Part shown: positions 22,191 to 35,495 of the stretch, one piece after another
How the letters are laid out: the number at the start of each line of letters is the position of its first letter
Numbering within the stretch: the stretch's first letter is position 1
Source of the DNA: Octopus sinensis
Lineage: Eukaryota
Assembly: GCF_006345805.1 (NCBI RefSeq)
Contig: NW_021836136.1
Coordinates: forward strand, 28,078-92,077
Length of the DNA stretch: 64,000 nucleotides
Reading direction: 5' to 3'
Made by a program: the position numbers and the translations under genes
The notes under the pieces: generated by a model
The model's input: only the letters and a program-made list of their open reading frames with translations
The model's database searches: none
What the model was told of the DNA's origin: nothing

Positions 22191-23394
22191 AAAAGTGTTC
22201 AGAACTATGTGACATAAAAATATGTCCTTTCATCCATTCTTATCTAACAACTTACATCTACACAAACATTTCTCAATCTACAAAAGATAACCACAGACGC
22301 TTACACAGATAACATCACAGTCTTTGATCCCACCTTTCATCTGATACAGCTTCACAACTACTTCCATCTTAGTACCAACAATACCACAAAAGAAAGTCAA
22401 ATAAAAAGAGCTATCATACAAAGCAACAAAACAAAAATGCACAACAAATCCAAGAGAAAAATAAAACGAATTACATTCGCACAAATTACATTCTGTAACA
22501 TTTACAACATCAAAGACATATGAACATAAGCAAAATTATACTTAACCACATGTAGTACATTCATAGTTAGCCAACACACAAACACCAATAGGTATGGATA
22601 CTATCTATTGCACATGAGCACTCAAGCTCTACAAACAAACAAAGAAAACAAAAGAGTGTTCACTGCATCATCACATGCAGCCCACAGACTACATATGCAA
22701 GGCAATAAATATTGAAATTACCACTTGGATATGGTAGATATAGTTTATTACCATGGCAAAGCCCAACCCTCACAGTCCATCTCATTTTATGTACAATCAC
22801 ACCAACATCCATACACATGTACTTTACTCTCCAGAATACTACTTCATCATCTTTAAAAACAATATACACTCATACAAATAAATACAAAATTAATCACACG
22901 TATGCAGAAAAATAGCAGAAGAATCAACATCATTACTCCTCAAACTTTAAACTGGAATGTAAATTAGCAATAACGAATGCAGAGGAACACCACTTGTACT
23001 GAGTATGATCATGCCTGTCATTGTTCTGGTAACTACGAAAAAACAAACCAGACAGTTTTGGGGGAAATCACATCTGGTCTGCTACACAGCACATCATACA
23101 ATAAACCAATGCAATGTATGGTCATCAACTAGGAGGGACAGCATATTTAGAACAATGGATTTGTTGATTGCAACTTGTCATTTAACTTAAAATCTTCTCT
23201 AGTAGGATCTCAATGATGGCTGCCTCGGGCTAAACATCAACAATACCATTATCAAATGTATTGAAAAAACTAATCAAGTCAATGATCTTTTTTTTTACAA
23301 AGGATTGAAGCATTATACTTAAAAGGGAGTAATGATAATTTATATCTTCTTTAGAAGTATTAAAAACAGACTTTAGGCATTTGCATTTGAAAAC

Positions 23395-23781
23395 TAAAAC
23401 TGGGTGACAAGTTTATTTTACAGAAAATGCTACCGTAGACAGACAGATACGTAAAAGAACGCCGACGTGATGGGAAGGTAAGAAACAGAGTGAGTGAAAA
23501 AGAGAGCAAATAGCGAGAGTGACAGATACTTTAAATAACGGTAGTGGAACTGTCAAAGTTATAGATGAAGAGGAGTGAGAGGGTACTGGAGGAAATAGCG
23601 TGAGTGAGGAAGATCACCCCTAGCAACCACACCTTTTAAGATAGGGATTTCTAAGGTAACCCACAAGCTTCGTTACCTCATTCTACATGTCCCTGTAAAT
23701 TTTGGAGCGAATCGGACGGGATGTAGTGGCATTGAAAGTGATCCAAGCGGTAAAAACGCATTTCAGTTTTATATATAGAGA
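23395..23781 (-). mobile_element. Possible non-autonomous Helitron-like element
   Basis: The reverse complement starts TCTATATATAAAAC...CCGATTCGCTCCAAAATTT and contains a short CTGT repeat and CpG enrichment. No clear 3' hairpin-CTRR end was found. Confidence 0.3.
23424..23477 (+). other. Candidate 54-nt exon with one in-frame TAG (KMLP*TDRYVKERRRDGK), unverified
   Basis: tttattttacag|AAAATG...GGGAAG|gtaaga. All three frames contain a stop; frame 0 has only one TAG. It lies inside the putative Helitron-like repeat. Confidence 0.15.
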
Positions 23782-23796
23782 ATATATATATATATA

Positions 23797-25068
23797 TTGG
23801 GTCATCCCATAAATAATGCATTTTTTTTTCAATTGCATGAACTAAAAGTTAGAGTAGGATGGGATAAACTACCTGAATCAACTTGCTATAAAGGTAAGTA
23901 GTAACTTTATCTTGTCCTTATTCTCAGTGCAAGTTTTGAAGAGTGCAGTTCGATTTTAGCAGTAATTGCTTCAAAGTGGAAGTGACAAAAGTGCATTTTC
24001 AGCAGATTCTGCTTTAAGAGTTCAATAAAGGCAACAACACAATGGAAAGTGGGGGGAATATTAATGCAGTGTATGGGGATCGGACAATAAGTGTAAGCGA
24101 GTGTCAACGGTGGTTTCAGAAATTCCAAGCTGGAAACTACAGCCTAGAAGACGAACCTTGTCCTGGAAAGTCTGCAGAATTTGACAAGGACATCCTGCAA
24201 GCCCTGGTGGAATAAATTCCCATTGTAACAGTTGAGGAACTAGCAGAGTAGCTCGGATTTGGTCATTTAACCATTCATCGATACCTGGCATGCCATCGAA
24301 AATGCCAGCAAATTGAGTCAGTGGGTTCCTCGCAAACTTTCCGAGTCTAATCACATGCAGGGAGTGAAGGTGTGTTCTTCTTTGCTGTCACGTCTCATGA
24401 ATGAACCTTTTTTGGACTGAATAATGACTGGTGAAGCAAAATGGGTTCTCTATAAGCACCAAAGACAGTGGGTAGAGAAAGGAGAAATACTGGCGCCCCA
24501 GGCTAAAGAAGGTCTTCACCGATGTAAGGTGTTGTTATTTGTTTGGTGGGATATGAAAGGTTTACTCCACTTTGAACTCTTAAACCCACAACAAACGCTA
24601 ACAAAGAAGATCTACTGTGAACAGCTTCAGTGGCTTAAGTCAGCTAGAAGATAAACAACCATCTTTGGTTTCAAGGTGGAAGGTGATGTTCTATCAGCAT
24701 AATGCTCAGCCATATACTGTGAGGATGACATTTGAAAGGCTGAAGCAATTTGACTGGGAAATGATGTTCCACCCACCATATGCGCCGGACATTGCCCCAT
24801 CTGATTATCATTTATTCTGCAGTCTTCAAAATCATTTGGACAGAAAAAATGGGAATTCTTTAGATGAGGTTGGAACAGTACTGGGGGAATATTTTTATCA
24901 CAGACTAGTGAATTTTGGAATTGGAGCCTTGAAAGTCTACCAGAGAGATGGGAGAGCATTGTAGAAAATGAAGGAGAGTATATTTTAGATTAAAAAAGAA
25001 CTTTGTTTATCTTAATTTTGGAAAGTAAAAAATGTATAAAGAAACGCATTATTTATGGGATGACACAA
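23797..25068 (+). mobile_element. Mariner DNA transposon, full length (1272 bp) with TIRs, inactivated transposase
   Basis: TIRs TTGGGTCATCCCATAAATAATGC and GCATTATTTATGGGATGACACAA (1 mismatch in 23) with TA on both sides. Decayed mariner motifs IMTGEAKW (TGDEKW), KVLLFVWWD, QHNAQP (HDNARPH) and HPPYAPDIAPSDYHLF. Multiple stops and frameshifts. Confidence 0.95.
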
Positions 25069-26409
25069 TATATTAGCGATTTTTGTTCTTTCTTTTCCAC
25101 ATAGTTCTAAACAGATTTTTCACATCACCAATTCAAAAAAATCTAGTGCATGTATATGAAATGTTGAATGTACAATAAACTACTCTTGTCTGAACCACCC
25201 TTGAGGAAAAAAAAAGCTTTGCTAAAAGTTTCATGCTGGTTGTAATATTTTAATGGTTCAAGTAATGTAAAACAATATTATAACAGCCAAAGAATGGCAT
25301 CAAAAGATAAAACAGACATTTCAGTAAGATTTCAAATGAAGAATAAATATTTCTAAAGCAAAGAAATAAGTATGTACAATAAATGAATCTATGTAAAAAA
25401 CAAAAACTTGTAAAGATGTTAACAAAGATGTGTCAGATAATAACTTTTGTTTTAGAAACATAATAGAAGCAGCCAAGAAAAAAAATCAATGAATAGTTTG
25501 GAGGACAAAGTAGAAGTGCGAAATAACTCATCATTATTATCTTTCAAATGGTTAATGTTTTTATGCACGTTTATCTATAGGTCACCCAGGTCTGATAAAT
25601 GATGTCTTTCTAGTTTGTATTGACCACAATCATTTTTAGTGTTAGTATCACCAATTTCATATTAAAGTAAATACATCTTTAAAATATAACATCTAATTTT
25701 AAACACTTTTACCATCAACATTTCTTGACATACCTTTCTTTCTTATGTTCAAAATAATCTGAATTCACTGGGTTGCTTTATTTCTATTAAAATATTGTCA
25801 CTATTTCTTGAAAAAATGTTCCTTCTTATTCTTATTTCAATGCCCAAAATGTAAATGAAAACTTCTTACATGCCAATATTCATTAATGGAAGATAGGGTA
25901 TGAGTCATGTAGTGTGAAGAAGAAAATAAACATTATTTTTGGCCTATAATGTGCATTTCAATATCTTGTTAAATCAGATAAGTAGCAAAAGCTCACAATA
26001 ATACAAAGTTAAAAGAACAAACTAAGTTTTCACAAAGTACAATAGGGTTCCCAGATGTACTGAAAGTGAGGAAACTCAAAGTGCATCAAAGCATTGATAA
26101 AATTAGGAACATAACCCAATCACTAAGTATCATGAACATTTGTAATAATTGATTTAAGGTAATAGATTTCTCTTATCTAGATGACCTTAAAATTGCTGAA
26201 GATAGAGCTGAAGATAGCATGATATCTAAAAAGTATAGCAACTGGAAGAACTTCTATATGACTACTAATATTGAAATGCATGGTACATATGAAAGAATAT
26301 GGTATTGTTGCTGATGAAACCAGTTTGTTGACATCTGAAAACTGCATAAATGACATGAAAGACAGGCGACTGGGTCACTGTAGAAATGATGTTATAATAA
26401 CTGATAGAA

Positions 26410-26610
26410 TCATCATCATCATCATTGTTCGACTGTGGTTGAGACAATGGAATTTACTATGTTACGCCAGACTTCACAGTCCATCATAGCATTACAGAGG
26501 TCCTGTTGCTGGATGCCTGTATCCCTGGAGATTACATCAGGGTAGGAGACTGTGCGCCCTCTGGTATCGCAAGCAGATGGCTTCCAGAGGAGAAGAGTAG
26601 AAATTACCTC
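26410..26610 (-). mobile_element. RTE-superfamily LINE 3' end (second family) with (GAT)n tail
   Basis: The minus strand reads LLLWKPS...RGRTVSYPDVISRDTGIQQQDLCNAMMDCEVWRNIV* followed by tgatgatgatg. It is related to 55950-56440. Confidence 0.75.
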
Positions 26611-28489
26611 GTTAGAATAACAGGTGCAATATTTTCAGTTTGTCTTTTTACAAACATCTAAAAATGAGAGCTAATTTATTTTGAAACACTCTAATCTTAT
26701 CAGGTTTACATTTTGAGGTTTATTAGTTAAACAGACACCTAGTTGATATTTGGTGATGGAGTGCTTTGAAAGGTTTGCTATATTTGATAATATATTCTAA
26801 CTTAAACAGTATGTTTACATTTGTACATGTAAAATGGAAGCCAAGACCAGTAAAATCAAATCATAGACAGCTCTTCAAACACAACAAACATATCTGCACA
26901 AGCATGCACACATACATACTATGTGTACACAAATACAATGCACAGGAAGATAACTGAAACATTTGAAACGTATCTCCATTATATAATAAAATATATTGGT
27001 TTACATGGTTCACTTAGAAATTACACAGTTACTGGTCAAAATTACAGTAATTATGGCATATAAAATAGTTTAGTATAATGAGGTGTATAATGATTGTTGA
27101 GTTTTTATATGAAGTTATTTTTGCCGGTTAGGAACAATCAGTTCTGCTTGAACAAATCAATGAAACAATATATGTTAAATGATCTAAAGATCCATCGCTC
27201 CAGATATGCATGGTAGAGTTTGATATTAGATCAGATTAAATGTTTCATCATATCATCTATCAGATTTAAATCACTGGTATGATAACAGAACAATATTCAA
27301 GAAATATGCTTCTATGTCAGTTAACCACCACACATATACACAAGCAATGAAGGTATATGCATAAAAAAGTTTACTATTTTTCATTTTTCTCTACAGAGAA
27401 ATTTTGAAAGTTTTTCAATTTCTAAGTTACTGCTTGATATCAATTATCACAAAAATTTTGAAACTAAAAATTAAGAAAAATTCAGATAGCAAGAGTATTT
27501 TTCAAATCATTTGGAATAAGACGTAGACACATATATAACTGATTTAAATCGTAAAACCTAGAAACAATGAATGCCAAGCAGCTTGATATTTACTAATGTT
27601 TTGTGAAGGCAAAACCAATTACAGAATGTGGAAATGTGGTAAAGAGATGATCCTTTATTTTATCTGATAACAAACATTAGAGTAATTATCTCAGGAATCA
27701 ACAAAAAAAAAAAGAGAGATAATAATACTGATATTAAACTTTTTATTTTTCTTTTGCTTTGAAAAGATTCACAGATAGTAAATGATAATGGCAGCTTCAA
27801 AATTGACACCTGCAATTGAAATCTAAAAGCAATATAACAAGGTATAACTGATGTTGATAATTTTGTAATATCCTACACTGCACACTGACGGGTCATCTCA
27901 TAAAACTGCACTAGATGATATCGGGGAGATAAAAAGAAAAAAACGAATTATTTTTATGAACACCACATTGAAAAAGAATTGGATAAAACTATCCACTCTG
28001 ACCCAGTAAAGATGGATTATAGAGAGAAAAATATAAAGAACAATACTTTCCTTTATATAGCCATTGGTGTAAGTATATAGAGAAGTCAATGTATTACAGA
28101 GGGTGTTACAAAAACAAGGAGAGAAGGGGTAGATAAAGGGACATTAAATAATATATATACAGGTATATTAATATTTTTTTATTACATACACACACACATG
28201 CATGCAGATTCACAGACATAACTGATATAGTACATAGTAAAATGAAATAGAATTTAAATAATAATAATTCTGTCACTCTAAGCAAAAAAAAAACCTCAAA
28301 TAGATCTTAAGCCACACATAAAACAGCTAGGATTTCTGTTATGTAACACTAATCTTACAGCTATTACTTTCCCACGTACACGCAAAGTGGAGTACAGCTT
28401 CAGGATATACATTCTTTAGAGGTCATCAGGATCTGAATATCTGGCAAGCTCCATCTGAACATATGTTATTCAGTATCACTTTTGTGTTT

Positions 28490-28755
28490 ACTACCTGCCA
28501 GTATAGTGCAACAAAGGTGATATTTGTTAAGGGTACTGTTATAAGCAGTGAACTTGGCACAAGGACCAAACTGCTACCAAAGAAGCTGAAGGATATTGGA
28601 ATTGAGATTCACATTGTCAAACTGCTGAAACGTACAATCCTGTATTCCACAAGAACCCTAACAAAAGTTCCTTTAAATTTGTGTATATTTGTTGTCGCCA
28701 AACCTTAAGACAATGTGCTTGGTAACTGATATAGCAAGTGATAATAATGATAATC
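28490..28755 (+). mobile_element. R4/Dong-like LINE extreme 3' end
   Basis: VISSELGTRTKLLPKKLKDIGIEIHIVKLLKRTILYSTRTLTKV parallels the C-terminus of the copy at 12545-13590. It is followed by gataataatgataat. Confidence 0.65.
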
Positions 28756-28869
28756 ATTTCTACTACAGGTGTAAATATTGGGGGGAGTGGATGATGGATT
28801 TTATCGAAAAACTGAGCTGGTATAGAAATTAGCAAAATGCGGAACCTGCAGACTAAAACAATACTTGTG

Positions 28870-29130
28870 GGTGGAATAGTTTGACAGGAGCCAGGCAGAA
28901 GCTTGCACCAGACTTCTGTGTCTATTTTGGCAGGATTTTTACAATTGGTTACCCTTCCTAACATCAACCACCCAGCAGAGTGGACTGAATGCTTTTTATG
29001 TGGTACAAGCACAGGCGAGGTCAGTTTTGGCAAGATTTTTACAACTGGATGTCCTTTACAGTGTGAATTGGATGCTTTTTAAGTGGCACCTGCACTGACA
29101 GGGTCACCAACTAACTTTCAAGACAAAAAT
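28870..29130 (-). mobile_element. RTE 3'-UTR fragment
   Basis: 'gcttgcaccag...ggttacccttcctaacatcaaccacc...gctttttatgtgg..gcacagg' is homologous to 54785-54900. Confidence 0.6.
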
Positions 29131-29379
29131 CTTTTGAGCAGGGAGGGGGCATTAAAGTACATGATCTTGTGTCAGCTGATGAAAGGCTATAGTGAGAAAG
29201 AAAGAAGTATCTTGAGAGAAAGAGAGAGAGAGAGAGAGAGAGATCAGGAATGAGGACAGAAACATGTACTTCCATAAAGGAGATACATAGTTACCCAACC
29301 TCGAGGAAGTGCAGGAGAAGGAGAGAGAGAGCGGGAGACAGCAGGATAGAGATGGTAGCAAAGTGCTGGGCATACTCAC

Positions 29380-29945
29380 AAGGGACAAGGATCGGAATAT
29401 AAACAGAATGGCTGAGTACAGGAAGAGAGAGATATAGATGATTGTAAGTGCCAGGGTATACTCTTGAGGTTCGAAAGTCATAATATAAGTGGCAGGACAT
29501 TGCCAAAGAAGCGTGATTTGAGAGTGGGGAGAGGAACGCAGTGAGTGGTGAAAACCGGGGTATATAAAGGCGGGGGGGGGGGGGGGCTACCAGATAGCAA
29601 AGGTACAGAGAAACAGGGTTGTGAGGACAGGATTGGGGAGTGAGAGGTAAGCATAGTGCATGAAGGAGGAAATGAGAGGAAGCGATGTAGTTCGGTTTGT
29701 TGGTGTAGGGTGTGTGAAAAGTTTTCTTTGTTATGTGTGGGTGGAACAACAAACTGGCTGGGAGCTAGGAGATAGCAATGATACAGTGAAATAGGATCAA
29801 GAGGAGAGGATTGGGGAGTTGGAGGTAAGCATAGTGCATGAAAGAGGAAATGTGAGGAAGAGAAGGGATGTAAAGATGTAGTTTGGTTTGTTGGGGTAGG
29901 GTGTGTGAAAAGTTTCCTTGTTACATGTGGATGGAACACAGTCTT
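29380..29945 (-). mobile_element. Probable CR1/L2-like LINE 3' region with an internal ~190-bp direct duplication
   Basis: About 29610-29750 and about 29790-29940 share 'ggattggggag..gaggtaagcatagtgcatgaa.gaggaaatg...ggtttgttgg.gtagggtgtgtgaaaagttt'. The LINE class rests on weak resemblance. Confidence 0.5.
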
Positions 29946-29959
29946 CTAGAGTTCATTTT

Positions 29960-30300
29960 AGCTGATGTGGGCGGGTCTTCTCAAGGACCACATATCACGA
30001 GACATCTCAGTCCATTGTCATTTCCTCCATGAAACCCAACATCCTGAGATCGGCTCTAACCACTTCATCTCATATCTTCCATGGGTATCATTCACTTTTA
30101 GTGATTGGCCCTTTTTTATGCAGCTGTCCTCATTCATACACATCATGTGTCCAAACCAAAATAATCTTCTCTCTTGCATGTTATATTTGATTCCTCAACT
30201 TTTCTCTCAATACATTTGCACTTTGTCATACATGCACATCCAACAGAGTCTATGCATATCATATGTCTAAAATGCAAACATTGTACCTACCATGAGATAA
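29960..30300 (-). mobile_element. RTE LINE C-terminal fragment
   Basis: The minus strand reads MQERRLFWFGHMMCMNEDSCIKKGQSL, matching the ORF at 44771-45049. Confidence 0.75.
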
Positions 30301-31694
30301 AGGGGTAGGCTTCCCAAAATTTAAGAAGCCTCTTTGCAAATAAACCAGAAAGAAACATCTTTTTTATGAAGTAAAATTGTGACAAAATCCAAAAATACCG
30401 AGAGAGAAATATGAAACACATTTATCAAATAGTAAAAGTAAATAACGATAACATAAAATACAAAAAATATTACCATGATGCACACATATTGCAGAGTACT
30501 GTCAATACAATAGAAAGTACGAAACTGAAACAAATCACTTCACACACCCTAGAGGCACTGAGCTGTGCTCAGTAGTGTAGTGAAAGCACAGAAGAAAACA
30601 AACTACTGATGATGATGATGGTGATGATGATAGTGATGGTGGCATCTGTGACAATGACGATGATGATGATACAGGCCTGAAGCAAACCATGGAGAGGCAG
30701 CAAAAAATTCCAGTTCTAATATAGCTTGATAACATCAAGAAAATGAAAAGTGAAGATAAGAAGAGCTTCTTCTCCATTCATGACACATTATAATATAGGT
30801 GAAAGATCTATTGCAAAACAAAGTAAAAAATATTCTGGTAGACAATAACTCCAAGGAACCACATGTTGATATTGAATGTAAAATGAACTTTTGACAAACT
30901 TGTCAAAAAATATGTAAGAAATAAGTCGTAATCAATTATTGCAAAGCAAAAAAATGTAAGAGTTATATAAGGATATTTGAAATACTATAGACCAGACTGA
31001 CAAAAATATATAGCCAAAACTTAAAATAAAGAAATACAAATAGCTCCATTGGGATAGATTTCCAACGATACAACTTCAGTCAAAAATATTGCAGATTATT
31101 GTGCAGATGTAAGGATAATTCTATACATGAAACGAGCAAGAAAAAACAATAAGTGACTCAAAAATACTGAAGCAGATAATTATGGAAATGATAATTGGTA
31201 CTGCTGAGCTGGATTAATATTTTGTTGTAGAAGTGAGAGGTTAAGAATACTGATGTCTGCATAATTAACACTGAAGAATGTTATAGTAGGTCTGATTAAA
31301 TTATCACAGTCCTTACTACAAAATACATCCACACTTATAATACAATGGATCAAGGCACTATAATAACACCATCTAAAAATCTCATCACTCTCAATTTATA
31401 AAGGACGAAACAAAATCTATATTACATGCACACCAAAAATGGTAGCAACGTGAATGACCTCATTCAGGCCCCAAATCAACACAAGGATGCATATAACTAA
31501 AGAGCAACTATCACGCTTTAGTCAGCCTGACCTGCTAACCAATTCCACCTCATGGGGCCACTACAAAATAACATACAAGACATACAAGAAGATGTTGGAT
31601 AGTGTAATAAAAGAACCACTCAAAATATATAAAATTAATTACACTAAAATAAAGCCGCCCTACATGTTGAAAGTACATTGTTATCTTCTAAATG

Positions 31695-32032
31695 GTGGCA
31701 TCTTGAAAAAGTGTCTTCTGCTATAGCCTCGGGCTGACCAATGCCTTGTGAGTGGATTTGGTAGACAGAAACTGAAAGAAGCCTGTCATATATATGTATA
31801 TAAATATATATATATATATGTATGTGTGTATGTTTGTGTGTCTGTGTTTGTCCCCCTAGCAATGCTTGACAACCGATGCTGGTGTGTTTACGTCCCCGTC
31901 ACTTAGTGGTTCAGCAAAAAGAGACCGATAGAATAAGTACTGGGCTTACAAAGAATAAGTCCCGGGGTCGATTTGCTCGACTAAAGGCGGTGCTCCAGCA
32001 TGGCCGCAGTCAAATGACTGAAACAAGTAAAG
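31695..32032 (+). mobile_element. Family A SINE, 5'-truncated
   Basis: High similarity to 15811-16194 from 'gtggcatcttg' to 'gaaacaagtaaag'. Confidence 0.92.
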
Positions 32033-32208
32033 AAAGAAATATATAGCAAACAACATATGACCCCTGCATGTTTGGTTATGTGTGGACACTTTTGCTAAAC
32101 TATCAAAACTTGATCAACCTTTAACAAAATCATATCATAAGCACCTTTCCTTCATATGCCTTGAGTATTTCAGAAGTGAATCTAAGTCACAATTACCAAT
32201 GTTGACTC

Positions 32209-32580
32209 TCTCTTTTACTCTTTTACTTGTTTCAGTCATTTGACTGCGGCCATGCTGGAGCACCGCCTTTAATCGAGCAACTCGACCCCGGGACTTATTC
32301 TTTTGTAAGCCCAGTACTTATTCTATCGGTCTCTTTTGCCGAACCGCTAAGTAACGGGGACATAAACACACCAGCATCGGTTGTCATGCAATGCTAGGGG
32401 GACAAACACAGACACACAAACACACACACGCATATATAAACATATATACAACGGGCTTCTTTCAGTTTCTGTCTACCAAATCCACTCACAAGGCTTTGGT
32501 CGGCCCGAGACTATAGTAGAAGACACTTGCCCAAGGTGCCACGCAGTGGGACTGAACCCGAGACCACACAGCCACTCCTG
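32209..32580 (-). mobile_element. Family A SINE with a short deletion in the tRNA-like head
   Basis: Reverse-complement match to family A. The segment between two 'acc' motifs near 32565 is missing. Confidence 0.92.
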
Positions 32581-34299
32581 ACTGAAGTAAGATTTCAACA
32601 TATAGTCAGTATTCAAGTAATTGTTTCTTCAAAAGACATTTATCATTGAAAAACATGCTTTAATATACAATTGAACCTTAGTTGTGGATTTCGTTAGCAA
32701 AAACCCTTGCTGCTACTATATGGCAGGACTTGCCCTTATAACAACAAGGATAACAATGATAAAAATATCTAGAGCAGAGTTTTTTTTCATGATACATGCA
32801 TTGCTCATCAGCTGATTGGACAGACACAAAGTTTGATAGAGCTGCAAACAATAAATCTCTTTTAACAGAAAAATGAATTATGCAATGACTCTCTCCAATC
32901 TGTATTCCATATTTCACTAGTGTATTAGTACAGTTTATAATTGGTATGTTGCCTGATTATAATAGCAAGAGACAGGTGAATAAATTACATGCAGTGATGC
33001 AAGACTTGTGCAGTTAATTGTACACACTCTCTTCATAGTAAAGAAGGATTTTTACAGAAAAAATGTTTCAACTCTCAGAAAAAGGAAAGCAAAGACAAAA
33101 TAAATGCATATTTGTCATAAAAATATATCCACAATATTCATTCTCCAAACAAGTACACCTCTGAAATCAAAATTTCTTTTGTTGCGCTTTTTTTGTAAAG
33201 AACTATTAATAACACACAAAATCTCCCAATCAAATAATTTTGCTGTGAATTTCTTAGATATGATTTTTGTATTCATGCCTAAAATATAGTATTACCTGCA
33301 TTAAGATATCGAATCGGATTTTCACTTCATATATTCGAAGGTTTCAATGAGAGAGAAAACTAATTCAACAAGCAACTTTATTTCACCAAGGGAATTTTGT
33401 AAAAATATCACAATCTATAACCATGGTAGAAAGTAACGAGGAAGATGCAAAGGGAAACACAGGCAATTTTATCTACTATTTGATGCCAACCATTTCAATA
33501 TTGTCGCTATGATACATACTTTCTGTTTTAAAGTGACTGAAATTAAAACTTTCTATCAAATTTTCATGCTATGTTCCAAATGCCAAATTATAGGTATTTC
33601 AGTATATATGACAAGGCTTCTCTTTTGTGATATTAAATAGATATAATTATGAAATATTTTAAAACATCAATACTCAAATGTGTCCACTATTTTATATGTA
33701 TTTCCTATGCGCTTCGTTTGAAAATTTCTTTACACATTTTGTACTTTCCTGTAGTCATAAAAATATGTTTTGAACATTAACAGACACAGTATAAATTTCA
33801 TGAGATGACTTCAAAATATATTTTTAACATCTGATTTTGATATAATTTGAAATATTTCTAGTCCACAATCAGTTGGCAAGTTGTTACTGATGGCGGTATC
33901 ATATGTTGTATTGCTTCCCTCTACACACTAGGAAGACACATGCATAAGTTGGACACTGGTGCTTCAATATTTGTTCTTATACATTTTAGTAAGCATGGTG
34001 AAGCTTCTGTTTTGTAATGCAAGATAATATTTTTTGTCTTCTCCTTTGACACCTTTCAAAAATCCCTGTATTTTCGTGTTAGTATGAGAGATAGTTTTCA
34101 ACATTAAAATATGTTGTGCACACACGTATATACATGCTCTCTCATTTGATAAAGTAAAAGTGAGATGATAGTTTTCCCCCAAAACAAAATTCCCATAATC
34201 TATTTTTCAAAGTTTGAAAGACTATTTTAAGTGAAACCTTCAAGCCACTGTCACTATTCACTTTTAAAGTTAAATCTATAACCATGGTATTAATTTGCT

Positions 34300-34715
34300 C
34301 TTACTCAGTTGATGTTTAACGCTGTCACTATGTACTCTCTGGTTCACTTCTCCTTTGCGGCATCTTGGGAAAGCCTTTACAACATTGGTCTTGGGCCATA
34401 TGCGTGTGTGACTATTTATGCACATATATGTGCATGCATGCAAGTGCACACACATACACATATTCATATGATGTATGTGTGTGTACATATGCGCATGTGT
34501 ATTTGTATTTCCCGGCTTTTATACCCGTCATTACGTTAACAACATTTAACTGACCAATATCTGTGTTAGTCAAATAACTCAGGGTTACAACAGAAATAGA
34601 ATTCTCAAGCTAGATCTCAAAAATTAAGTATTGGAGTTTATATGTTTAACTACAACCTTTCAGGGCAGTGGCCCAGTATGGACACAGCCCAGTAAGTGAA
34701 ACAAGCAAAAGAATG
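34300..34715 (+). mobile_element. Old, diverged family-A-like SINE
   Basis: 'gcggcatcttgggaaag', an internal TG tract, and the 3' end 'ggcagtggcccagtatgg..acagccc...gtgaaacaagcaaaaga'. Confidence 0.5.
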
Positions 34716-34745
34716 CATGCACAGATAAACACATTGTGGATATTT

Positions 34746-34780
<35 letters not shown>

Positions 34781-35077
34781 GCTACATAAACATTCAGAGA
34801 GAGACAGAGAAAAAGATCAAAGACAGAAAGAATGATTGAAAGTGAGATAAGAGGTCATATATATATACTAACATTTTTTTAATTAAATCTTTAAGTTTTC
34901 TTATTCAATTAATATTATCAGCTTGTTTCATTTAGATCTATAAATTGATAGCAATTTTTTTTGTACCATAACTTAAGTCAGCAGTTGAAATCTTTCAATC
35001 TACCTTTCTCCCTATCCCACACTTCCATTACCCTCGATGTATGGACATGTGAGAGAAAATGGGGAGGAAGAGACACA

Positions 35078-35095
35078 AGGATACATACAAATATA

Positions 35096-35134
<39 letters not shown>
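35078..35134. repeat. (CA)n microsatellite
   Basis: Direct reading; the pure run is at about 35098-35132. Confidence 0.9.
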
Positions 35135-35480
35135 TCATGAAAAATAAATTCTCCTGACATATAGTAAATGACTATGAAGTATAGGAGAATTAAGAATAAT
35201 CTAGTAGCTGTAAAAGTTGAAATGTATTGAGAGAAAGCAATCAATTGACCCATCCTGTCAGCAATCAATATTTTTTATCAATTAATAGCTTGAAATATTA
35301 TGCATACATAAAAAGTGTAATTCCTTGACTGCTATCAAACAATATGCTAATGAAATACGTCTTTGAAAGATTCCTTTTGAAATGTGTCTATACATTAATG
35401 TTGCTAGGTTTTAAGCAAAAGCCATGCTATTTTATATTTCTCTACCTTTATTATTTTGCATTATTTGTAAAACTATTAAG

Positions 35481-35495
35481 GTGTCGCCAAGTGCG
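35481..35495 (+). other. Candidate 15-nt frame-preserving micro-exon, unverified
   Basis: tttctctacctttattattttgcattatttgtaaaactattaag|GTGTCGCCAAGTGCG|gtaagt. Open in all three frames, GC/CpG-rich within AT-rich DNA, with an upstream TGC. Confidence 0.3.

Noticed and set aside
27865-27905. Minus-strand exon-like segment (QFYEMTRQCA) behind a good polypyrimidine tract
   Set aside because: No convincing donor site.
28340-28435. Minus-strand CTGATGA with a downstream GAAA, suggesting a hammerhead
   Set aside because: Stem II does not start directly after the core, and there is no helix III or NUH triplet.
30900-31690. Possible old LINE coding remnant
   Set aside because: Too degenerate to assign.
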